DNA of 64,000 bases, taken from assembly GCA_041690595.1 (NCBI GenBank), contig JAWLHB010000007.1, positions 62,001-126,000 on the forward strand. The letters run 5' to 3'. This DNA comes from Lentisphaeria bacterium. Its GTDB lineage: Bacteria; Verrucomicrobiota; Lentisphaeria; JABSQK01; JAWLHB01. The notes beneath the pieces are model-generated. The model had not been told where the DNA came from, did no database searches, and saw only the letters and a list, made by a program, of their open reading frames with translations. Of the stretch, positions 18,724 to 26,871 are shown piece by piece. Position 1 is the stretch's first letter. Every line of letters starts with the position of its first letter. A program made the translations under genes and the position numbers.

Positions 18724-19836
18724 ATGAATCCATTGCCGGATATTCTGCTGATAACGATAGATCGGCTGCGGCAGGACGCCATTGGTTCCTATGGGAATCC
18801 GGCGGCTGCCACGCCCCATATCGATGCGCTGGCAAGAGCCGGCATTCAGTTTGAGCATTGCTACGCAAGCAGCCCGCGCGCCGACGTCAGCCGTCGCACC
18901 TTGATGACGGGGCGCGCCTGCGCGGGTCCCGAGGCTGATACTCTGCCCCAGTTGCTCCGCAAGAACGGTTACCGGATTGTCGAGAGCGATACGCTGAGCA
19001 ACGCCATGGCGGCTCTGGAAGTCGCGGCGCGGGCGGGAAGCGAGCCGTTTGCAGCCTTCCTTCACCTTGGGGCTCCAGCTGACGTCCCGAGGGAGCTGGT
19101 GGACCTGGAGGCCATTCCGGCAGAGGCCGTTCCGCCACCATTGATCATACCGCACGCTCTCGAAGGGCGCCCGCGGGCTGTTCAGCGGCAGGCGGCTCAG
19201 CCATTGCCGTCGCGCCAGGAGCAGCTCCAAAGGCGACATCGCTACTACTGCCAGGTTCATGCCTTGGACGAGCAGGTCGGCCGGATGCTCGAGATCATGG
19301 AGCGTCATGGCCGGGCTGAGACCGCGCTGGTCGTCCTGACCGGCACCAACGGTCACCTGCTGGGAGATCACCAGTTGCCCGACGATGAAGCGTTCTTCTA
19401 TGATCCGCTGATCGATACGCCCCTCATCATCCGCTGGCCTGGTCGTATCGCCGACGGACAGCGCACCTTCGCACTCGTGCAGCATGTCGACACGGCGGCC
19501 ACCCTTCTCGAAGCGAGCGGCTGCCACACGCCAGGCGATGGTCGATCGCTCCTGCCTGTTGCCATGGGCGAGCCGCCGCGGCTGCGCCAGCAGGCCATCG
19601 CCTTCGACAGCCGGGAGAGCGTCTGGGGCGCCATGATTCGCGAAGGCAACTTCAAGCTCATACTCTATCATACACGCGGGCGCGAAGAGGATCTCGAAGG
19701 CGAGCTCTTCGACACGGAGCACGACTGGCACGAGCTGAACAGCCTCTGGCAGATGCCTGAATACTGGGGGATCCGCCTTGGCCTGACCGAGAAGCTGCTC
19801 AACTGGACGCTGCTGCGTCAGCGCGAATCCCAATGA
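18724..19836 (+). CDS. Sulfatase-like protein with a degenerate active site
   Basis: Sulfatase scaffold (DILLITIDRLR, TPHIDALA..G..F, LMTGR, LDEQVGR, PLIIRWP), but CxPxR reads ADVSR and SDHG reads GTNG. Confidence 0.8.
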   Translation: MNPLPDILLITIDRLRQDAIGSYGNPAAATPHIDALARAGIQFEHCYASSPRADVSRRTLMTGRACAGPEADTLPQLLRKNGYRIVESDTLSNAMAALEVAARAGSEPFAAFLHLGAPADVPRELVDLEAIPAEAVPPPLIIPHALEGRPRAVQRQAAQPLPSRQEQLQRRHRYYCQVHALDEQVGRMLEIMERHGRAETALVVLTGTNGHLLGDHQLPDDEAFFYDPLIDTPLIIRWPGRIADGQRTFALVQHVDTAATLLEASGCHTPGDGRSLLPVAMGEPPRLRQQAIAFDSRESVWGAMIREGNFKLILYHTRGREEDLEGELFDTEHDWHELNSLWQMPEYWGIRLGLTEKLLNWTLLRQRESQ

Positions 19837-19918
19837 ATTCCGCGAATTGAGTTGTCATGGGCTGGGGAACGTGTAGCTTTCTGGCGGCAGTAAACCATCA
19901 CTCGTCAAAGGAGCAGTT

Positions 19919-21112
19919 GTGAAGAACCCGACGAAACCGGAACATCACCGTCTGGCGCAGGAACTGGTCGCGGAAACCCATGCCATGGGGGGACTGGCGC
20001 CCGTAGACTTTGAACAGTTCTTCGCGGATCAGGCGGTGGCGATCGCGGATCCGTTTGGCAAGTCCATTCCGCAGTGCCCGCTGGGTATCTGGATGTCCGG
20101 CGAGTGCGTCTATGCCGAATTGGGGATCGAGGAAGATTACTGGCGCTACGCCCACGACGACCCATGGCGGCTTGAGCTGAACCGGGCGTACAACGACATC
20201 AGCGAGCGGATCGTCCACAAACGACTGCTGAGCGAAGAGCCGGCGCCGCCGGAAACCATGCGCTACCCGCCCCATAAGCTGCTGCACGATATCTTCGAGG
20301 GCAAGAATACCTGGCATGCCGGTTCCTGGTGGCTGGAGCAGGCGGCAAATTCCGAAGACGAGTTGGCGGCGCTCCTTGACCGCGTCGAAAAACGACTCGA
20401 AAACCTCCACGATTTCATGCTCCCCGAAAACTGGCACGAGGAGCACCAGCGGCTCCAGAAGTTGGGGGTGAAGGCGCCCGCCTATCGTGGGCAGCGTGGG
20501 CCGGTGACCTTCGCCGCATCCATCTACGGACCTGAAAATCTCATCTTCCTGCTTCACGACAACTCGGCGTTGGCCGGGCGTTTTCGCGATCTGATCCTGC
20601 GCAGCATGCTTGGCATGGCGGAGGTCCTCGATTGTGCTGCTGGCCGCACCCGCGAAACTGAACCACGCGGCTTCGGATTTGCCGACGACAACTGCTGCCT
20701 GCTGACGCCCGACATGTATGAGTTCTTCGGTTGGCCCGTGCTCAAAGGCATGTTCGAACGCTACAGCCCCGGCGAGAACGACAGCCGCTATCAGCACTCG
20801 GATTCGGCCATGGGGCATCTGCTCCCGCTACTTGGCAAACTGGGTATGACCGGCCTCAACCTCGGCCCCACCGTTACCGTCAGTGAGATTCGCCGCCACT
20901 GCCCGAAGGCGGTGATTCACGGCCAATTGGCCCCCTTCACCTTCAGCCGCAATGAAGAAGAGCAGATGGTCGCCGAGTTTCTCCGGGATTTTGAGCAGGC
21001 ACGCGAAAAGCGCGGACTGGTCTTCACGACCGCCGGCTCCATCAACAATGGGTCGCGACTGACCGGTATGCGCCTCCTGATGGCTGCTATCCAGCGTTAC
21101 GGTCGCTACTGA
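19919..21112 (+). CDS. Uroporphyrinogen decarboxylase-like (URO-D/MtaA barrel) protein
   Basis: RGPVTFA..IYG.EN, ADD.CCLLTPDMYEFFGWP, HSD, IHGQLAP; AAGGAG before GTG. Confidence 0.72.
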   Translation: MKNPTKPEHHRLAQELVAETHAMGGLAPVDFEQFFADQAVAIADPFGKSIPQCPLGIWMSGECVYAELGIEEDYWRYAHDDPWRLELNRAYNDISERIVHKRLLSEEPAPPETMRYPPHKLLHDIFEGKNTWHAGSWWLEQAANSEDELAALLDRVEKRLENLHDFMLPENWHEEHQRLQKLGVKAPAYRGQRGPVTFAASIYGPENLIFLLHDNSALAGRFRDLILRSMLGMAEVLDCAAGRTRETEPRGFGFADDNCCLLTPDMYEFFGWPVLKGMFERYSPGENDSRYQHSDSAMGHLLPLLGKLGMTGLNLGPTVTVSEIRRHCPKAVIHGQLAPFTFSRNEEEQMVAEFLRDFEQAREKRGLVFTTAGSINNGSRLTGMRLLMAAIQRYGRY

Positions 21113-21384
21113 TCCTTTCTCGTCCCTATGCTACACTCTCGTGTTGCGGTTCGGTGGAGACAGGCAATGAAACGCCATTTAAATTCATGAAATGTCGTCG
21201 AGGAACCTTGTTATATGGCGGGGGGGCGGAGTACATTAAGCGCTCATACCGGCTGTGGCTCTCGGGCCACATAATCAACAGCAGCGGACAAGCAAAGTTG
21301 TCCAGGATGGAGAGGGGTGCTTCCGCGGGCACCGCCCCGTCGCCGCTTTCATGGGTACGAGGCGGGATGTGGGCATCAACAAAC

Positions 21385-22842
21385 ATGCGTTTTATTCTCG
21401 TTTGCTCGTTATGGGTGAGCCTAGTAACCCATACAGGTGCCGAAGAACAAACTTCAGCCCCTTCGCAGGTGTTGAATCAACTGGTCGCGGCCGCCATGCA
21501 GTACCATCCTTCCGTTCGCGCTGCTCGTCAGCAGGCGGAACAGGCCTTGGCACGGCATCGTGGCGAGGCTGGCTTTTTCGACCCTCGTCTCTTCAGTTCC
21601 GTCGGCGCCGCCGAGCGCCTGCGAGGGCTGCCCGGGGTGAGTGATCAGGTCTCCACGCCGGATGAAAGCGTTGCCTTTGAGGGCGGGATCGAAAAGGCGT
21701 TCGCTCCCGGCTTCTACGGGGGACTTTCCGCCGCACAGCGACAGCGTTGGGATGCCATCGATGACCAGGACATCCAGCAGACTCTGGTCGGGGCTCAGCT
21801 GCGAGTGCCTCTCTGGCGTGACTTCGGCTTCCGCGAATATGACTTGATCGACCGCCAGGCACTCGATCTCTATCTGGCGGCACTCGGGCAGTTGCTGGCG
21901 CGACAGCAGTTGTTGCGTTTTGACGTTACTGTCGCTTTCATCAATCTTCAGGAGGCCAACGCCCTGCGACAGGCCGCTGATTCCGCCCTGCTGCGCGTAC
22001 AGGCGTTGTTGAAGGAGGCGGAGGAACTCGTGAAGCACAAGGTAGTTCCTGAATATCAGCTCAACCAGGCGCATCTCGAGGTTAGCCTCCGTGAGGAAGA
22101 GCTGTTCGGCGCCGTGGAAGCGCTCGATACGGCCAAACTGCAACTGCGACGGCTGACCGGAATCGATCCAACCCCGGAGATGATCCTGGAGACACCCCAG
22201 TTCGTCAGATGGGCGGAAGATGTCGCCGTCAAGGAAGACGTGGAATCTCAGGATGCATTCCAGGGACGCGGCAACTGGCAGGAAGTGCGGCATCTGTTGG
22301 CGGCGGCAGAGGCGCGCATTAATCTGGCCAGGGAACAAATGAAGCCGGATGTCTATCTAAAGGCTTCTGTCAGTTGGCAGGGCGAATCGACCGATCGCTT
22401 TATCGGCGACAGTGCGCTGACTTCGGACGATGAGCCCGGAGCTGCCATTCAGCTCATCTACCAGCAGCCCTTGGGTTTCACGCGAGAACGAGCGCGCGTC
22501 ACCGAGCAGGAAGCACTGGTGGAGGAACTGCGGGAGCAGCAGCGCAATGTTGAGATCGACATCAAGGTGGAGTTGGCGGCGGCCATGGTGGCATACGAAT
22601 CTGCCCGGCAACGGCTGGAACTAACCATCCGTGCCTCCGAAGCAGCTCAGGCAACCTTGCAGGCTGAATCGGAACGCTTCCGCTTGGGTGAAGGCCGAAG
22701 CCGACAGGTTCTCGATGCGGAGAAGGATTTGACCACCACGATTCGACTGCAGGCAGCCAACGCAGCACGCGTCTTGCGGGCACAGGCAAAGCATCAATTT
22801 GAAGCCGGTTATACCGGCGAGGATAAGAGGGTGAATCCATGA
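21385..22842 (+). CDS. TolC family outer membrane efflux protein
   Basis: Signal peptide; OEP repeats (LRVPLWR, DVTVAFINL, LQAESERFRLG..RQVLDAE); start ATG 21385. Confidence 0.88.
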   Translation: MRFILVCSLWVSLVTHTGAEEQTSAPSQVLNQLVAAAMQYHPSVRAARQQAEQALARHRGEAGFFDPRLFSSVGAAERLRGLPGVSDQVSTPDESVAFEGGIEKAFAPGFYGGLSAAQRQRWDAIDDQDIQQTLVGAQLRVPLWRDFGFREYDLIDRQALDLYLAALGQLLARQQLLRFDVTVAFINLQEANALRQAADSALLRVQALLKEAEELVKHKVVPEYQLNQAHLEVSLREEELFGAVEALDTAKLQLRRLTGIDPTPEMILETPQFVRWAEDVAVKEDVESQDAFQGRGNWQEVRHLLAAAEARINLAREQMKPDVYLKASVSWQGESTDRFIGDSALTSDDEPGAAIQLIYQQPLGFTRERARVTEQEALVEELREQQRNVEIDIKVELAAAMVAYESARQRLELTIRASEAAQATLQAESERFRLGEGRSRQVLDAEKDLTTTIRLQAANAARVLRAQAKHQFEAGYTGEDKRVNP

Positions 22843-23681
22843 GCAGGCTAAAAGATCTGTTCCGCATCAATGCGGCGACGCCAGGCTCCATCAACGATGA
22901 CGAATACGTTGACGACAATGTGACCCAGGACGACCATAAAGAGCAGATGGAACTGGACAAGTCGATCTTGGAAGAGGATAGCGCCCGAGAGAAACGGGTG
23001 CACAAGGAGGCGGAAAAGCGGGTGGTGACGGCCGCCGAAGACTCCCTCAAGCGGCTGCACATCGTGCGGATGGGACGCTGCCCCGACTGTGGTGAGCACC
23101 TGCGGCGCCACCTCTTCGCCTCCATCTGCGAACAATGCGGCTGGCATGCTTACGATACGCCCCGCCAAGGCAAAGTGCGGGTGCACCTGACGAATGTCGT
23201 CGAGCCGATCGAAGGCGACCGCTGCTATCGCGTCAAGAGCGGATCCCTTCTGGTGATCAGGAATGAACTCGTCATCGCAAGGATCTCCCGTGAGTCCATC
23301 AGCTGGACCGAGTACCTGTGGCCCGATCATGAGATCGACCAGCGTCATCGCGAGGTGACGTCCATGCTGGAAGTTCAGTGCGGCTGGTGCGCCAAGGAAG
23401 CCAACCCCGAACAGGACGGCTTTCACTTGACGCATGTGGCCTTTGGCGCCACTCAGGAGCGCTATTGCTTCTGCTCGGATGACTGCTATGAAGCCTTCAG
23501 GAAGATGTATCCGGCCCGCGTCGATAGGGATTGCTACGAACGCAACTGCGCGGAGTGTAATCTGTGCAGCAAGCGTTATGATGATGAGGCCGAGGGCATT
23601 CGCGTGCTGGCGAAGGACTTCCTGAAACTGAAGCGGCGCGTGGAGAATGTGGATAAGGACAAGAGCGCCAACAACGGGTAG
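22839..23681 (+). CDS. Hypothetical cytoplasmic protein with three Cys clusters
   Basis: CPDC..CEQC; CGWC..FCSDDC; CYERNCAECNLC; ATGA overlap with tolC; no signal peptide or TM segment. Confidence 0.8.
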   Translation: MSRLKDLFRINAATPGSINDDEYVDDNVTQDDHKEQMELDKSILEEDSAREKRVHKEAEKRVVTAAEDSLKRLHIVRMGRCPDCGEHLRRHLFASICEQCGWHAYDTPRQGKVRVHLTNVVEPIEGDRCYRVKSGSLLVIRNELVIARISRESISWTEYLWPDHEIDQRHREVTSMLEVQCGWCAKEANPEQDGFHLTHVAFGATQERYCFCSDDCYEAFRKMYPARVDRDCYERNCAECNLCSKRYDDEAEGIRVLAKDFLKLKRRVENVDKDKSANNG

Positions 23682-23695
23682 AGGGGGAGTGATCG

Positions 23696-25105
23696 ATGGG
23701 CGATTTACGGACGACGGAGGGAGAGGATCTGCCGCTTACCCTCAAGGAGAAGCGACGCCGATTGTGGCGCTGGGGGCTGCTCGTGCTGCTGCTGCTGGCG
23801 ATGATCCTGGCGGCTGGGTTGGTAATCAGGGTGCAGCGCTATGTGGTCGCTCCCGGTTATGTGACGACGGAGCGTTTTGCGGAGGTTCGCCCGGCAATCA
23901 CCGGCCGCGTGGGAGAGATTCTCGTCAGTTCGGGCGACGTTGTTGAGCAGGGGCAGGTGCTGGTGCGGCTGGACAGCGTTGAGGAATCCGCCGCCCTCGC
24001 CCAGTCCCAGTCGCAGGTGCGCAAGATCGAGGCGGAACTGGCGAGGCGCGAGGCCGAAATTGCTGAAATACGCCGGCAGCATCAGTGGGATGTTCGAGAG
24101 TCGCGCTACGTCCAGGAGAACGCGGCAATGATCAGCCAGCGGATCGAAGCAGCGTTGCGAGGTGAGAATGTGGGGGACGGGGTCACCGCCGAGCTTGCGG
24201 CCCTCGAAGCCGCCCGTGTCGACGTTCAGAAGGCCCGCGCGCAGCTTGTACGGCGGGAAGCGGAGCTGGGCGAGGCAAACCGCCAACTCGTCTGGAGCAT
24301 CTCCGAAGCCGAGCTGGTGCTGGAGAATGCCAAGAGCACTGCCCAGCGCACGGAACAACTGGTGCTGGCCAAGCTTACCTCGGCGACCGCGCTCGAGGAA
24401 GCGAGGCTGCAGCAGCAGTTGACCGAGGTGAAGCTGAAGGCTCTGCAAAGCCGCGATGCCAGCATCTTCGAGAAGGAACTCGACGTCCTGCGCCAGGAGT
24501 TGCAGGGGCGGGAGAAGGCCGTGCAGCAGGCCGAAGCCCAGCTTCGACGACGACTGGACGAGACCGTTCTGCAGGTCAAACTGACGGCCCTCCACCTGCA
24601 GGCACTCGAAGAGACCGACCTGACTGTTTATGACAAGGAGCTTGCGGTGAAGCGTGAGGAGCTGATCGCCGCGAAGGAAGGCGTAAAACGGGCCGAGGCC
24701 CGCCTCGCCGCGCATGAGATCCGGGCACCCATCGAAGGGCAGGTCTTGCGCTACGAGTTCGTGCTTGGCGAGCTGGTGCGGCCGGAAAGCGTGCTGCTGG
24801 AGATCTTCGGCGGAAAGCGTCAGGTGCTCAAGTTGCGAATCGGGGAGCGCTACGCGACCCGCGTGGCGACCGGCAAGCCTTACCGCGCCGAGCTGGCACC
24901 CTACCGGGGGCTGCAGAACATCTACTTCCGCGGCGAAGTCCAGTACCTGCGCAATGTCATCCAGTCCGAAGGCCAGAACACCTACCGCGTCGCCTATTGC
25001 GACTTTGATTCGCGCGGGTACAATGTGCCGCCTGGCACCACCGCCGAAGCGCGAATTTACTATGGCACTTCGAGCCTCTGGCTCTATATGTTCGGCCTCG
25101 ACTAA
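23696..25105 (+). CDS. HlyD family membrane fusion (periplasmic adaptor) protein
   Basis: N-terminal TM segment, lipoyl half-motifs GRVGEILVSSGDVVEQGQVLVRLD and IRAPIEGQV, long coiled coil between them. Confidence 0.9.
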   Translation: MGDLRTTEGEDLPLTLKEKRRRLWRWGLLVLLLLAMILAAGLVIRVQRYVVAPGYVTTERFAEVRPAITGRVGEILVSSGDVVEQGQVLVRLDSVEESAALAQSQSQVRKIEAELARREAEIAEIRRQHQWDVRESRYVQENAAMISQRIEAALRGENVGDGVTAELAALEAARVDVQKARAQLVRREAELGEANRQLVWSISEAELVLENAKSTAQRTEQLVLAKLTSATALEEARLQQQLTEVKLKALQSRDASIFEKELDVLRQELQGREKAVQQAEAQLRRRLDETVLQVKLTALHLQALEETDLTVYDKELAVKREELIAAKEGVKRAEARLAAHEIRAPIEGQVLRYEFVLGELVRPESVLLEIFGGKRQVLKLRIGERYATRVATGKPYRAELAPYRGLQNIYFRGEVQYLRNVIQSEGQNTYRVAYCDFDSRGYNVPPGTTAEARIYYGTSSLWLYMFGLD

Positions 25106-25119
25106 GGGACTTCGCCCAC

Positions 25120-26868
25120 ATGGAGACTTCCGAGAAGTACTCCCGCATTCTCCATTTTCTCAAGCCGTACAGCCGGCGCATTCTCGTTGTTCTGGCGCTG
25201 ACGGTGGTGCTGTCGGTGCTGGCTATGCTGCCGCCGTTGCTGGTGCAGGCGGTGATCGATCGTGTCATCACCATGGGGCAGGTGCATTGGCTGGCTCCCC
25301 TGGCCATCGCCCTGATCTCCGTGCCGATCCTCTCCGCCGTCATGGGGTATATCCAGACGATGGGGCTCGCTTATGTCGGCCAGCGATTTGTCTACGATGT
25401 GCGCAATGCCCTGTATAAGCATCTGCTGGCGCTTTCCCTCAAGTTCTACGGCAAGCACAGTGTGGGCATGCTGGTGAACCGCCTGATGGGGGACAGCGGG
25501 GTCGTGCAGCAGATCCTCACGGCCCAGACGATCGGCATTCTTTCCGATCTCGTCTGCGCCACCTTTGCGATCTGCGCGACTTTCTGGATCAGCTGGCGTC
25601 TCGCGCTGGTCATGTTGCTGATCATCATCGTCTTCGTGGTCAACTACAAGGTCAACATCACCCGAATTCGCAATGCCACACGCAGTTACCAGGGGGCCTA
25701 CGACCGGCTCTCCGGCGGCATACAGAATCGGTTGAACAGCTCCGTGGCCGTCAAGACCTTCGGCATGGAGCAGCGGGAGCATCAGGAGTTTCAGGGGACC
25801 CTGTATGCGAGTCTGGGGCTTGTGCAGGAAGCCATGGTCGCCAACAACACCTTCAGCATGAATACCCAACTTATCCACCAGATGGGCCACTCCGTGCTCT
25901 ATTTCCTTGGCTGCGCTCTCGTCCTTCAGGGGCAGCTCTCGTACGGTGAAGTGGTCGCCTTCACCGCCTATGCGGTGCAGTTGCTGATGCCCGCCGTCCG
26001 CTTCTCTACGATCGCCAAGCAGTTCCAGGATGTCGGCATCGCCCTCGACCGGTTGATGGAGCTCTTTCAGGAAGTCCCTCAGATTGTGGACTCCCCAGAT
26101 GCCGTGGAGGTGGAGCGTCTGCGCGGCGATGTCACCTTCGAGAATGTGCAGTTCTGGTACGAGGAAGGGGTGCCGGTGATCAAGGACTTCAACCTGGAAG
26201 TGAAGCAGGGCATGACGGTGGCCCTCATCGGGCCAACGGGATGCGGCAAATCGACGATCCTTTCCCTGGTTCTTCGCTATTACGATGTGAGCCGCGGCAC
26301 ACTGAAGATGGATGGCATGGATATCCGCACCATCTCGCTCGATTCTCTGCGGAGCCAGTTCGGCATCGTGCTGCAGGAACCCCTTCTCTTCAGCGTCTCC
26401 ATCGCCGAGAACATCCGCTATGGCAAGCGGGGATCCAGCCTCGAAGAGGTCCAGGCAGCCGCACGAGTGGCGGAGATACATGACTTCGTCATGACGCTGC
26501 CCGATGGCTACGATACGCGTCTCGGCAGCGAAGGACTGGAGCTCTCCGTCGGTCAGCGCCAGCGCATCACCATCGCCCGCGCCGTACTGGCGGATCCGGC
26601 TATCCTCATCATGGATGAAGCGACCAGTTCCCTGGACAGCGATTCGGAACGGGCCATTCAGCGGGCCATGGAGAAGGTACTCCAGAATCGTACCTCTTTC
26701 ATTGTGGCCCACCGCTTGAGCACCATTCGTAACGCCGATGTCATTGTCCTGCTGAAGGATGGGTATATACAGGAGCAGGGCAAGCATGCCGACCTGATGC
26801 AGATTCCCGATGGCCGTTACCGTCACCTCTACAACACGCACGTCGGCAAGACGTATATCGAGGAGTAG
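25120..26868 (+). CDS. ABC exporter TMD-NBD subunit 1
   Basis: Multi-TM domain; Walker A GPTGCGKST, signature LSVGQRQ, Walker B ILIMDE, H-switch AHR. Confidence 0.95.
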   Translation: METSEKYSRILHFLKPYSRRILVVLALTVVLSVLAMLPPLLVQAVIDRVITMGQVHWLAPLAIALISVPILSAVMGYIQTMGLAYVGQRFVYDVRNALYKHLLALSLKFYGKHSVGMLVNRLMGDSGVVQQILTAQTIGILSDLVCATFAICATFWISWRLALVMLLIIIVFVVNYKVNITRIRNATRSYQGAYDRLSGGIQNRLNSSVAVKTFGMEQREHQEFQGTLYASLGLVQEAMVANNTFSMNTQLIHQMGHSVLYFLGCALVLQGQLSYGEVVAFTAYAVQLLMPAVRFSTIAKQFQDVGIALDRLMELFQEVPQIVDSPDAVEVERLRGDVTFENVQFWYEEGVPVIKDFNLEVKQGMTVALIGPTGCGKSTILSLVLRYYDVSRGTLKMDGMDIRTISLDSLRSQFGIVLQEPLLFSVSIAENIRYGKRGSSLEEVQAAARVAEIHDFVMTLPDGYDTRLGSEGLELSVGQRQRITIARAVLADPAILIMDEATSSLDSDSERAIQRAMEKVLQNRTSFIVAHRLSTIRNADVIVLLKDGYIQEQGKHADLMQIPDGRYRHLYNTHVGKTYIEE

Positions 26869-26871
26869 CAG

